56,887 nucleotides of DNA from an uncultured Clostridia bacterium (GCA_947627755.1 CANQXD010000005.1:1-56887), one strand, 5' to 3'; positions 1-10,075 are shown, numbered from the stretch's first letter. Made by a program: numbers and translations. Notes: a model not told the origin generated them from the letters alone.

Positions 1-137
1 AAAGACCAACTATAAAAAGTCAAGCATTTTTTGAAAAAAATTAAAAAATTTTTTCAAGATAAAAATAGACATCATAAATAAGCGATTTTCAATATGTAAA
101 AATCACTAGAAAATATTGGAATATATATAATAAAATA

Positions 138-1334
138 CTATCTTTTAGGCACTTCATAAGGTGTGTTGTTCTTTAATACAGCATAAATAATATTACACAT
201 TTTTCTTGCAACGGCGCCAATACAAGTTTTATGATGTTTACCTTCTGCACGTTTCTTCTGATAATACTCTTTTAAAACGGGATCAGTATTAGAAGCAACT
301 AATGCAGCTTGAAATAGAGCCTTTCTTAAATAAGGGGAACCTCTTTTAGACATTACATTATGAGTACCTTCAAATTCACCAGACTGTGAAACAGTGGCAT
401 CAATACCAGCGTATGCAACTAATTTAGAAGGTTTATCAAAACGACTAATATCCCCAAATTCACTGATAATTACAGCACCAAGAACAGGACCAATACCTGG
501 AATTGTAGTAATAGGAGAATCTATTTTCTCCATTAATTCCTTAATTTTGGTTTCACATTCTTTAACTTGATCATCAATAAACTTAATTTGTTCAATTAAT
601 AATTTTAATTGAAATGTAAAACTTTCTTTAGAAAAAGTAACGCCAAAAGAACTTTTGGCAGAATTAATGAGTTTTTCAGCAGTACTTTGACCGACTTTTT
701 TTCTACTAAGATTTTCAAGAGTTTCGGTCAATGTTTCGACAGATAAATCTTCAAAATCAGAAGGAGAAGAATAGTTTAAAAGTAACTGTTTAGAGGTTGT
801 TCCAAAAGTGTTAGAAAATATGGTTTGATACTCAGGAAATACTTGGTCAAGAACACAAATGACTTTACGTTTTAAATCGCCAGCAGATTGAATAAGGTAA
901 TTACGCATACGACAAATATTTCTAAGAGAATATAAATCTTCATTAGAAAGAGTAGTTTCAACAAAATCACCATATCGAATCAAATCTGCAATTAAAACAG
1001 AGTCAATAGTATCATTCTTACGTTTACGAATTTCAGTCCCCTTACGCCAACCATCGGTTTGAATAGGATTAATAACATGGATACAATGAAAATCGTAATC
1101 ATAAAGAAAAGAATAAATAGAAAGCCAATAATGACCAGTAGCTTCCATACCTACTGTAACATCAGTAAATTCAGAATATTTCTTGATAATTTCAAGAAGA
1201 GATTCACCACCTTCAGTAGTATTAGAAAAAGAAAAACCTTTAAAAATAGTTTTACCTTTTTCGTCCATTAAAGAAGCTACATGAGTATTTTTAGCAATAT
1301 CAATACCTAAATAAAACATAATAAAACACCTCAA
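138..1334 (-). CDS. IS110-family (DEDD) transposase/recombinase
   Basis: 398-aa ORF. N-terminus MFYLGIDIAKNTHVASL..MEATGHYW and C-terminal TIPGIGPVLGAVIISEFGDISRF..SKRGSPYLRKALFQAA are classic IS110/IS1111 motifs. Confidence 0.9.
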   Translation of the reverse strand: MRCFIMFYLGIDIAKNTHVASLMDEKGKTIFKGFSFSNTTEGGESLLEIIKKYSEFTDVTVGMEATGHYWLSIYSFLYDYDFHCIHVINPIQTDGWRKGTEIRKRKNDTIDSVLIADLIRYGDFVETTLSNEDLYSLRNICRMRNYLIQSAGDLKRKVICVLDQVFPEYQTIFSNTFGTTSKQLLLNYSSPSDFEDLSVETLTETLENLSRKKVGQSTAEKLINSAKSSFGVTFSKESFTFQLKLLIEQIKFIDDQVKECETKIKELMEKIDSPITTIPGIGPVLGAVIISEFGDISRFDKPSKLVAYAGIDATVSQSGEFEGTHNVMSKRGSPYLRKALFQAALVASNTDPVLKEYYQKKRAEGKHHKTCIGAVARKMCNIIYAVLKNNTPYEVPKR

Positions 1335-1560
1335 AAATAAATTTTAGATAGTGTAAATCCTCTACTCTTAAAAGCGATACAACCTTGTTATATATACGGA
1401 GAAAATCCTCAATTGGGAAATCAACATCCAACTCATTCATATACAGCCAATAAGAAAGAGGCGCTAGTCTTTCAAGCACGAAGATAAACTTCAAGGAGTA
1501 AAGAGCGACACTCTATCTAAGTTACCAAAATTATATAAAAATATAACAATGGTGGCAATA
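1335..1560 (-). ncRNA. Putative IS110 bridge/seek RNA region (5' non-coding end of the IS)
   Basis: IS110-group elements encode a structured guide RNA in the non-coding end upstream of the recombinase. This segment is non-coding and clearly more GC-rich than its surroundings. The structure was not folded rigorously. Confidence 0.3.
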
Positions 1561-1623
1561 GGTTTATAGGTAAAACCTTAATTAAAAACCTAAATATATT
1601 ATACAAGGAGCAAGGAGGCTTTC

Positions 1624-2193
1624 ATGAAAATAATATTAGCATCAAAATCACCAAGAAGAAAAGAATTATTAGACTTATTAAACCTAGAATATGAAATAAA
1701 AGTAAGCGATGCCGACGAAACATTAGAACCAAACTTAAGCATACAAGAGCAAGCAAAAAGACTATCATACATAAAAGCAAAAACAGTCTTTGAACAAACC
1801 TCAGGTGATAGAATTGTAATTGGTTCTGATACTATGGTAATCAAAAACAACAAAATATATGGAAAGCCAAAAAATGAAGAGGATGCATTTAATATGCTAG
1901 AACAACTAAAAAATACAAAACATAATGTCATTACAGGGCTAGCAATATTGGTAGAAAAGGATGGAAAATATGAAGAACATATTACCTATGACATGGCAGA
2001 AGTATATTTTAAAGATATGACAAAAGAAGAAATAGAAAAGTGGCTAAAAACAGGAAAGGCAATGGACAAAGCAGGAGCCTATGCAGTACAAGGTGAATTT
2101 ATGGTATTTATTGAAAAAATAAATGGAAATTATTCTACAGTAATGGGACTTCCAATACATAAAGTTTATGATATTCTAAAGAAAATAATATAA
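1624..2193 (+). CDS. maf: Maf-like nucleoside-triphosphate pyrophosphatase (septum formation protein)
   Basis: MKIILASKSPRRKELL..GSDT..GKP..GAYAVQG motifs. RBS caaggagg upstream. Confidence 0.9.
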   Translation: MKIILASKSPRRKELLDLLNLEYEIKVSDADETLEPNLSIQEQAKRLSYIKAKTVFEQTSGDRIVIGSDTMVIKNNKIYGKPKNEEDAFNMLEQLKNTKHNVITGLAILVEKDGKYEEHITYDMAEVYFKDMTKEEIEKWLKTGKAMDKAGAYAVQGEFMVFIEKINGNYSTVMGLPIHKVYDILKKII

Positions 2194-2259
2194 AAAAACA
2201 AGACATAGGTTGAAAAAAAGTATGCCTTTAAATAAAGAGAGAAAGGAATTAAATTTATT

Positions 2260-3027
2260 ATGAACTACGAAAAATCATGTGGATGTATAATCATTCATAA
2301 AAATAAAGTGCTATTGGTCCAACATAATGCAGGGCATTGGGATTTCCCCAAAGGGCATATAAAAGAAAATGAAACAGAAATACAAACTGCAATAAGAGAA
2401 GTAAAAGAAGAAACAAATATTGATGCTATAGTGCAAGAGAATAAAAGATATGTAAGTGAATATTACCCAAAAGAAGATACTTTTAAACAAGTTATCTTCT
2501 TTTTTGCTACTTGCAAAGAAACAGAAACAAAAAAGCAAGAAGCTGAAATACAAAATATAGAATGGCTTTCATTTAAAGAGGCATTAGAAAGAATTACTTA
2601 CTCTAATTCAAAAGAAATATTAAAGCAAGTGATGGAAGATATAAAAAAAGATAAACAAAGTACAAAAAGTAATTTATATGAAAAAGAAAATGCAAACTAT
2701 GAATATATAGGAAAAGTAGTAACAGCAAAAATTGATAGGCCACTTGGTAGTAAGCATCCAAAATATGGTTTCATCTATCCAATTAATTACGGTTATATTC
2801 CTAATACTATAAGTAGTGATGGAGAAGAATTAGATTGTTATATCTTAGGTGTATTTGAACCATTAGACGAATTTACAGGAAAATGTATAGCAATTATTCA
2901 TAGATTAAATGACCAAGATGATAAACTAATTATAGTACCAGAAGGAAAAAAATATACGAAAGAACAAATAATAGCATTAACAGAATTTCAAGAACAATAT
3001 TTTAAAAGTAAAATAATAGAAGAATAG
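2260..3027 (+). CDS. NUDIX hydrolase fused to an inorganic-pyrophosphatase-like domain
   Basis: N-terminal Nudix box GHWDFPKGHIKENETEIQTAIREVKEETN. C-terminal half YPINYGYIPNTISSDGEELDCYILG..DDKLIIVP resembles family I PPase core motifs. Confidence 0.7.
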   Translation: MNYEKSCGCIIIHKNKVLLVQHNAGHWDFPKGHIKENETEIQTAIREVKEETNIDAIVQENKRYVSEYYPKEDTFKQVIFFFATCKETETKKQEAEIQNIEWLSFKEALERITYSNSKEILKQVMEDIKKDKQSTKSNLYEKENANYEYIGKVVTAKIDRPLGSKHPKYGFIYPINYGYIPNTISSDGEELDCYILGVFEPLDEFTGKCIAIIHRLNDQDDKLIIVPEGKKYTKEQIIALTEFQEQYFKSKIIEE

Positions 3028-3265
3028 AAAATTTCGAAAAATTAAAATCTTATTAGCCATTATAACAATTTTGTAGAATAAAGTCGACATTTGACGATGA
3101 AAAATGCTTGCAATACGAAGTAAAACATGATATACATAATATAATTTTATGTAACTTAAATTATAAAATAAAACATAATCAAATAATAACAAAATAAAAA
3201 TGAAAAAGTTACAGAGTAAAACTAAAAAATAAAGTGTAAATATTTCAAAAAGAAAAGAGGAAATC

Positions 3266-4801
3266 ATGTTATCAATCGTAAAAAGTATGTCACTAAACGG
3301 TTTAGAAGGCTATCTTGTATCAGTACAAGTAGATGTATCTTCTGGTATTCCTGCATGGGAAATAGTACGGACTTCCAGATACTAGCGTTAGAGAATCAAA
3401 AGAAAGAGTCAAAACAGCCATAAAAAATTCCAGCTACGAATTATTAAGTAGAAAAATCGTCGTCAATTTAGCCCCAGCAGATACCAAAAAAGAAGGTTCT
3501 TTCTTTGACTTACCAATAGCTATTGGAATATTAACTTGTCTTGGAGAAATTAGGCAAAGTAAACTGGAAAAAATAGCCTTTTTAGGAGAACTATCTTTAG
3601 ATGGTCGTTTAAATCAAATAAATGGGGTTCTACCAATGTGTATAGAAGCACAAAAATTAGGGATTGAAAAAATAGTACTGCCAATAAAAAATGCAAAAGA
3701 AGCGGCAGTAGTAAAAAATATTGAAATCATAGGAGCAGAAAGTTTATATCAAGTCGTAGAATATTTAAATTCTAGAGAAGAAATCACACCTTATCAAATT
3801 CACATAGAACAATTTAATAAAAAGAAAGAAAAAAATCAACTAGACTTTTGCGAAGTAAAAGGACAAGAAAACATTAAAAGAGCAATAGAAGTAGCAGCTG
3901 CAGGAAATCATAATATATTGCTAATTGGAAATCCACGGTTCACGGAAAAACCATGATGGCAAGAAGAATTCCGTCTATATTGCCAGACTTAAGTTTTGAA
4001 GAAGCTTTAGAAACAACAAAAATACATAGTGTAGCAGGCATCTTAAGTAAAGAAAGTCCGCTTATAGTAGAAAGGCCATTTCGTGCACCACATCATACAA
4101 TTTCATCTACTTCTTTAGTTGGTGGAGGCATTTTCCCAAAACCGGGAGAAGTTAGTTTAGCCCATCATGGAGTTTTATTTTTAGATGAACTACCAGAATT
4201 TAATAAAAATACATTAGAATTAATGAGAGGTCCACTAGAAGATAAAAAAATAACCATAAGCCGAATTAGTAATACACTTACATTTCCGTGTAACTTTATG
4301 TTAGTTGCATCAATGAATCCATGTCCTTGTGGATTTTATGGCTCAAAGCAAAAAGAATGTACATGCCAGCCACAAGCAATTCATAAATATTTAGCCAAAA
4401 TTAGTGGTCCATTATTAGATAGAATAGATATTCAAGTAGAAGTAGCACAAGTAGAATATCAAAATTTAGAAAAAAATAATAGAGAAGAAACTTCTAAACA
4501 AATAAAAGAAAGAATCAACAAAGCAAGAAAAATACAATTAACGAGATATGAAAAAGAAGGGATTTATTCAAATAGTGAACTTACCCCTAACTTACAAGAA
4601 AAATACTGCGTGCTAGGAAAAGAAGAAAGCATGCTCTTAAAGCAAGCATTTGATAGGTTAAACTTAAGTGCAAGAGCTTATGGAAGAATTTTAAAAGTGG
4701 CAAGAACCATAGCAGATTTGGAGGGAAAAGAAAAAATAGAAATACCGCATATAGCAGAAGCAATACAATATAGAAGTTTAGACAAAAAATATTGGAAATA
4801 G
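3266..4801 (+). pseudogene. comM: ComM/YifB Mg-chelatase-like ATPase, interrupted by three +1 frameshifts
   Basis: ATG at 3266 gives MLSIVKSMSLNGLEGYLVSVQVD. Removing single C residues at 3368, 3936 and 3943 restores [17 protein letters not shown] and the Walker [23 protein letters not shown]-track pieces 3636-3956 and 3953-4801 belong to the same gene. Confidence 0.85.
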
Positions 4802-5826
4802 AAAAGAGGATTAAAACAATAGAAATAAACAGAATAAAAAATACAAAGCATGTAAAAAATACAAAACAAATAAAAGATATAAAACAAGCGCAAAAGATAC
4901 AACAAATAAAATACAAAGATGAAGAATACCCAGAAAAGTTAAGAAAAATAAAAAATCCACCTCAAACATTATATGTAGTAGGAGATGCAACATTACTAAA
5001 TAAGCAAAGTATTGCCATTGTAGGCAGTAGAGATGCAAGTGAATATGGAAAAAAATATACTGCTCTATTTTCAAGTAGTATAGCAAATTCTAACATTGCA
5101 GTAGTAAGTGGCTTAGCATTAGGAATTGACACTACAGCACATAAGTATGCCATAGAAAAACAAGGCAAAACAATTGCAGTAATTGCTTCTGGGTTTAAAC
5201 ATATATATCCAAAAGAAAATATACCATTGTATCAAGCAATATTAAAAAACGGAGGTTGTATTGTTAGCGAATATCCACCAGAAACAAAAATAGACATGAA
5301 ATTTTTTCCAACTCGCAATCGTATAATTGCAGGATTATCTATGGCAGTCATTGTAATAGAAGCAAAATATCGTAGTGGAAGTAGTATTACAGCAAAGTAC
5401 GCACTAGAACAGAAAAAAGAAGCATTCTGCCTTCCACACAGCATAGAAGATAAAAATGGAGTAGGCTGTAACAACTTAATGAAAAAAGGAGCAAAACCAA
5501 TTACAAAAGCTTCAGAATTAAATAAATATTTAGGAACCAATATTAAAGATACAAATATCGAAGAAATCTTCACGGAAGATAGAATTACATCGCATAATAT
5601 TATAGAAAGTAAAATGTTATCAAAGTCAAAAGTAAAAAAAGATAAAATAGAAAAAGAATATCAACCAATTTATAATTTATTATTGAAAAAAAGCATGACA
5701 AATAATGAAATAGCACAAAAATTAGAAATGCCTATTTCACAAGTAAATCAAGTACTCACTATGATGGAAATCAAGAACTATATTACATCAATGGCAGGAA
5801 ATGAATTTAAAATAAAGGAGCAATAA
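4792..5826 (+). CDS. dprA: DNA-processing protein DprA/Smf
   Basis: Core LYVVGD..IAIVGSRDASEYG..VVSGLALGIDTTAHK..FPTRNRIIAGLS plus C-terminal winged-helix-like tail. Start uncertain: TTG at 4792, no in-frame ATG before the core, and the N-terminal 40 aa are low-complexity K/Q/I. Confidence 0.85.
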   Translation: MEIEKRIKTIEINRIKNTKHVKNTKQIKDIKQAQKIQQIKYKDEEYPEKLRKIKNPPQTLYVVGDATLLNKQSIAIVGSRDASEYGKKYTALFSSSIANSNIAVVSGLALGIDTTAHKYAIEKQGKTIAVIASGFKHIYPKENIPLYQAILKNGGCIVSEYPPETKIDMKFFPTRNRIIAGLSMAVIVIEAKYRSGSSITAKYALEQKKEAFCLPHSIEDKNGVGCNNLMKKGAKPITKASELNKYLGTNIKDTNIEEIFTEDRITSHNIIESKMLSKSKVKKDKIEKEYQPIYNLLLKKSMTNNEIAQKLEMPISQVNQVLTMMEIKNYITSMAGNEFKIKEQ

Positions 5827-5831
5827 AAAAT

Positions 5832-6188
5832 ATGTATAAAAGGCATATAACAGGGAAAGAAGGAGAACACATTGCAACAGAATTTTTAAAACATATAGGA
5901 TATAAAATAATAGAAAAAAACTTCCAGGCAAGACAAGGAGAAATAGATATTATAGCAAAAGACAAAGAAGAATATGTATTTGTTGAAGTAAAAACAAGAA
6001 AAAATAAAAAATATGGAGAGCCCATTGATTCTATAGATAAGAGAAAAATAGAACATATAAAAAGAACAATTAGCTATTATTTATATTTAAATCGATTACA
6101 GAATAAATTTATTCGAATAGATGTAATAGAAATTTATGAAAATTCAAACAAAATTCAAATTCATCATATTAAGCAAGCAATAGAATAA
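5832..6188 (+). CDS. yraN: YraN-family (UPF0102) endonuclease-like protein
   Basis: GKEGEHIATEFLKHIGYKIIEKNF..GEIDIIA..VFVEVKTR motif pattern. Confidence 0.8.
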   Translation: MYKRHITGKEGEHIATEFLKHIGYKIIEKNFQARQGEIDIIAKDKEEYVFVEVKTRKNKKYGEPIDSIDKRKIEHIKRTISYYLYLNRLQNKFIRIDVIEIYENSNKIQIHHIKQAIE

Positions 6189-6402
6189 ATACTATAAAAA
6201 TTATAAATTTAATATAAAAAAATAAACAACAAAACTAAAATAGAAGTAAAAACATAAATAGAAAAGCAAAATTAAAATAAAAGTAAAAATAAAACAAAAA
6301 AACAACACTAAAAACTAAAAATAAAAAACAAGCAAAAATAAAAGAAAAAATAAAATTTAAAAACAAAATAAAAAATAAGCAATAAAATTTAACATTTATT
6401 AC
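6189..6402. repeat. Extreme A-rich low-complexity spacer between convergent genes
   Basis: About 210 bp that is almost entirely A on the + strand, with sparse C/G/T (aaaataaaa-type words). No ORF and no hairpin. Confidence 0.6.
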
Positions 6403-7665
6403 TTATTCATATATATTAAAACAATATTTTCTTTCATAAAGCTCCTTTGCAACCTCGGGATTATGAATACCATTAAAATCTTTAATAGGAGCAAATTCAT
6501 CGACCTTTTCCACCCTTAAAAGCTCTATATCATCAAATAAAGAAAAAGCATCAAAAATAAAAGTTTCAAATTTGTAAGTATTAGGACTTTCAGGAACTTG
6601 TTTCATACCCTCTTCATTTACAAATGTATTTTTCTTAAAAGCTCTATGATAAGGAAGAGAAACAGTTGCAACTTTTTCTAAAGCAGAAAAATGAAATAAG
6701 TGAGCAAGTAAATTAATATCACGATACAAAAAGTGAGCTTTCTCATCTTTTGCTACTTTCATTTCAGAACTTAAATAGCAACTATCAATTATAGAAGGCT
6801 TTCCATTTTTACGTGCAAAAATCCAATCATTATCTTCCACATTTTCCTTTAGCAATGTTTTAGAAGCAACAAATTTTTTATGGCAAATAGTTAAGCCTAA
6901 AAGCAAGGGATCCACAATTTCCAATATAACATTATCCACACCAGAAAAGAAAATCCAATCAATTTGTCTTTGTCTCATATTTTCTAAAATACCATATTGT
7001 GCCATAGAAGCAAATACATCACCATTGCCATTGGAAGCTTCTTTAATTTTATAAGGCTCCTCCAAAATTAAATTACCAGAAAGATCAATCAAAGGAAGTT
7101 CAGATTGTTTAAAAAAATAAATACAATCTTTAGGATAATCAAAATAATTCTTTTCTTCAAAAAAATTTTTAGTAAGCTCATCATTATAAATGCTAGTCAT
7201 AATATACCAAGGAATAGTAATATTGTATTTCTTATTTGCCTCTTTTAAATGGTCGGATAAAATTTCAAAAAGAGATTTTTTAGGTTTTATATCAAGTTCA
7301 AAAGTACCTTTTGGTCCCTTATAACCAAGTCTAGTACCCTGACCACCAGCCATAGTCACAACAGCATATTTACCATTTAAAATTTCATGTTCACCAATAG
7401 AACTATAATATGCTAATTCTTCATTTGACAAATCTTTTTTTATTGTATAAGGTAAAGGCTCAATACTACGATGAGGAATTACTTCATCTGTTTTAGAAGC
7501 CTCATACAAAGAAAAAATTTGCTCAAAATCTATTTGGCATATTTGGTTAACTAACTGCTCTTTTTCATCATTATTCAATTCATCATAGAAATTTAGCAAA
7601 TGCTCTTGCTTATATTTTGCAAGAATCTTTTTTGCTGTTTCATAATTTTGCATCATACTTACCAT
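6403..7665 (-). CDS. UDP-N-acetylhexosamine/UDP-sugar pyrophosphorylase (UDPGP/UAP family)
   Basis: VTMAGGQGTRLGYKGPKGTFEL signature. The ORF-track start at 7701 is a TTG. An ATG at 7665 (or 7656/7653) follows an aaagga SD and is more likely. Confidence 0.7.
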   Translation of the reverse strand: MVSMMQNYETAKKILAKYKQEHLLNFYDELNNDEKEQLVNQICQIDFEQIFSLYEASKTDEVIPHRSIEPLPYTIKKDLSNEELAYYSSIGEHEILNGKYAVVTMAGGQGTRLGYKGPKGTFELDIKPKKSLFEILSDHLKEANKKYNITIPWYIMTSIYNDELTKNFFEEKNYFDYPKDCIYFFKQSELPLIDLSGNLILEEPYKIKEASNGNGDVFASMAQYGILENMRQRQIDWIFFSGVDNVILEIVDPLLLGLTICHKKFVASKTLLKENVEDNDWIFARKNGKPSIIDSCYLSSEMKVAKDEKAHFLYRDINLLAHLFHFSALEKVATVSLPYHRAFKKNTFVNEEGMKQVPESPNTYKFETFIFDAFSLFDDIELLRVEKVDEFAPIKDFNGIHNPEVAKELYERKYCFNIYE

Positions 7666-7700
7666 CAAATCCTTTATTATATCATATACAACAAAGCACA

Positions 7701-7789
7701 AATCAGTGATTTGCTAAACATAACATTTAATAAAATCTTTTGCAATACATTATTTTTATAATACACAATAATACAATCAGTGATTTGCT
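7701..7789. promoter_or_regulatory. Two identical 15-bp sites AATCAGTGATTTGCT (palindromic core AATCA-G-TGATT) bracketing the UAP promoter region
   Basis: Copies at 7701-7715 and 7775-7789, starts 74 bp apart. The second overlaps the stop codon of the upstream phosphoesterase gene. Confidence 0.35.
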
Positions 7790-8571
7790 GTAATTAAAGA
7801 TTTCATAATAATTTCTTTATTAGGCATGTCCGACTCTTTCAAATACTCAAGTTCTTTTTCAATAGAATAAGGAAGACGAACAAGAGTAAAAGAAATAGAA
7901 GAAAGAACCTTGCTATCTAACTCTCCTTCCAAAATCATATAAGAAGACATAGTAGAATATTTTGAAGTAGCATTTTCCTCACCCTCATTCATCATTTCCA
8001 CAGGAACGCCAACACTACCAACATTAAAAATAGTTTTATTTCCAAAACGACAAATATTAGGAGTATGCAAATGACCATAACCAACAACATCAGGAACAGG
8101 GTCATTTTCTGTTTTACCTATAAACGCAGTATTTTTAAACAAGTCATAAGGATTTGTAATAATTTTATTAAAATAAATGGTATCTGAATTTGGAAACATA
8201 GGGTTAAAAATATGCTCTAAACTAATAGGAGAAGCATGAAAAAGGCGAATCAAATGTCCACTCATAGTAAAATCATAAGAAACAGGTAAATTATAAATAA
8301 ACTCAGCTCTTTCCTCACCAATTTTATCTCTACTCCAAAAACGTCCTTTTTCAATATTAGGGCGACAAATAATCTCATCACAATTTCCCAAAAGCATCAC
8401 TTCACATTTTTGACGTAGTAAATCAATAACTTTATCAGGATTAGCACACTTAATAACGCTATCGCCTAAACAATAGATTTTAGAGATACCTCTTTTTTCT
8501 ATGTCAGCCATAACATTTTCAAGTGCTGTAATATTCCCATGAACATCAGATAAAATTGCAATTCTTTCCAT
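7777..8571 (-). CDS. Metallophosphoesterase (calcineurin-like)
   Basis: RIAILSDVHGN..CLGDSV..GNCD..GHLH motifs. Likely start is MERIAILSD at 8571 rather than 8616. Confidence 0.75.
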   Translation of the reverse strand: MERIAILSDVHGNITALENVMADIEKRGISKIYCLGDSVIKCANPDKVIDLLRQKCEVMLLGNCDEIICRPNIEKGRFWSRDKIGEERAEFIYNLPVSYDFTMSGHLIRLFHASPISLEHIFNPMFPNSDTIYFNKIITNPYDLFKNTAFIGKTENDPVPDVVGYGHLHTPNICRFGNKTIFNVGSVGVPVEMMNEGEENATSKYSTMSSYMILEGELDSKVLSSISFTLVRLPYSIEKELEYLKESDMPNKEIIMKSLITANH

Positions 8572-8726
8572 AAACTTAACTCCTTCTAAATTCATACTCA
8601 TTATAATATAAAACAAAACAATTTACAATATACTTGTCATAAGAAAAAAGTATGGTATTAAATAAAGAAATAATGAATAAAGTAATGAAAGAAAATCTAA
8701 AAAATTTAAATAGGAGGAAAAGAAAA

Positions 8727-9314
8727 ATGTTAAAAATGATAGAACTACCATATAGCTTTAATGCTTTAGAACCATACTATTCAGAAGAAACATTAAAACT
8801 ACATTATAATATTTTATACAAAGGTTATGTAGATAATACCAACAAAACACAAGAACAACTGAAAGAAGCAAGAGAAAAAGGAGATTTTTCAAATATTAAA
8901 TGTTTAGAAAAAAACTTAAGTTTCTTTGGTTCAGGAGCTATTTTACATGAACTTTTCTTTGAAAACATGGGACAAAAAAAGAATACTTCACCTAGTCTAT
9001 TACTAGCAGAGCAAATTACAAAAGATTTTGGAAGTATAGAAACATTCAAGGCACAATTTGAAGCAGCATCGGCAAGTGTAGAAGCTTCTGGTTGGTGTCT
9101 ATTAGTGTGGGTTCCAAAATGGAATAAGCTAGAAATATTGCAATGTGAAAAACACCAAGATTTGACCTTATGGGGTTGTGTTCCTATTTTAGTGCTAGAT
9201 ATGTGGGAACATTCTTACTATTTACAATATAAAACAGAAAGGACAAAATATATTAGTGCTTTTTGGAATATTGTGAATTGGGATATAGTAAATAAGAGAT
9301 GGAATTTAATTTAA
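8727..9314 (+). CDS. Fe/Mn superoxide dismutase
   Basis: LPYSFNALEPY..LHY..H, DMWEHSYYLQYK, WNIVNW. ATG at 8727 preceded by taggagga. Confidence 0.9.
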   Translation: MLKMIELPYSFNALEPYYSEETLKLHYNILYKGYVDNTNKTQEQLKEAREKGDFSNIKCLEKNLSFFGSGAILHELFFENMGQKKNTSPSLLLAEQITKDFGSIETFKAQFEAASASVEASGWCLLVWVPKWNKLEILQCEKHQDLTLWGCVPILVLDMWEHSYYLQYKTERTKYISAFWNIVNWDIVNKRWNLI

Positions 9315-9414
9315 ATTTTATTTTTACAACTACTCTTGCATTATGTTAAATTTTGTGATATTATCTTAAATAGTAACTATTGTTGAAACAAGCAACTTTA
9401 AAAGGAGGAACTAT

Positions 9415-10014
9415 ATGAAATACGATACAAAGAACGAGTACACTATGACAAAGTATTTCGAAAGTTTGTGCAATAGCTTTTATATTGCATATACACAAGT
9501 GAAGCGGTTAGAAAAGCAAAGCGAGGAATTAGAAGAAACCTATCCAGGTAAAGAACTGGAAATTGTAGAAAAGTTAATTGAGTTTTTTGAACTTTCCAGT
9601 TTTAATGGATTAAAAGAAAAGTATGTAGAACAAAAATGCTCGCAGGAAGAATTGGCAAAAGCGAAGAAGAAGTTAGAAAAGCAAAAACAGGCATACAAAG
9701 AAGAAATGGCAGCAATAGATAGTCAGTGTAAGTACTGGTCAACCATAATGTGGGAAATAGTTGGAAAGGTAGAAAATCTGTTATTCCAATTGAAAAATAA
9801 CGGCTATTCTATCATTATAACAAGTGAAATCGAAATTGTAACACTTATGGCAGTATTTAAGATGAAAGAACTGAGGTATTTTGGAAGGATCATAAACACC
9901 CAGGAGAGATATTTAAAAAGCTTTCCTACAAGTGAACTCTGCCGGTCATTTTTTAGGGCATATCAACTAGAAGATGAAATTGAAATGAAAAAGGTAATTG
10001 GAAAATATTTTTAA
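9415..10014 (+). CDS. Hypothetical coiled-coil protein with atypically high GC
   Basis: 199-aa ORF with strong RBS aaaggagg. Uses codons (ctg, cgg, gcg) that are rare in its neighbours. No motif recognised. Confidence 0.55.
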   Translation: MKYDTKNEYTMTKYFESLCNSFYIAYTQVKRLEKQSEELEETYPGKELEIVEKLIEFFELSSFNGLKEKYVEQKCSQEELAKAKKKLEKQKQAYKEEMAAIDSQCKYWSTIMWEIVGKVENLLFQLKNNGYSIIITSEIEIVTLMAVFKMKELRYFGRIINTQERYLKSFPTSELCRSFFRAYQLEDEIEMKKVIGKYF

Positions 10015-10032
10015 CCACTAACACAAAAAACC

Positions 10033-10075
10033 ACACCAACCTTACTTAAATAAGTAGGTTGGTGTTTATTTTTTC
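10033..10075. terminator. Bidirectional rho-independent terminator between convergent genes
   Basis: acaccaaccttactta / taagtaggttggtgt stem followed by a T-run. Confidence 0.7.

Larger units (their letters stand above)
60..1600 (-). mobile_element. IS110-family insertion sequence (ends approximate)
   Basis: Single transposase ORF plus about 250 nt of relatively GC-rich non-coding sequence 5' of it (1335-1600). No obvious terminal inverted repeats, as expected for IS110. Sits directly upstream of the maf RBS. Confidence 0.6.

Noticed and set aside
4792-4920. Separate small ORF or non-coding region before dprA
   Set aside because: The frame is open and continuous with the DprA core, and there is no alternative in-frame ATG. 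It is kept as part of dprA, with the start flagged as uncertain.
6189-6402. Replication origin or CRISPR leader in the A-rich spacer
   Set aside because: No DnaA boxes (TTATCCACA-like), no adjacent dnaA/dnaN, no repeats. It is only low-complexity A-rich sequence.
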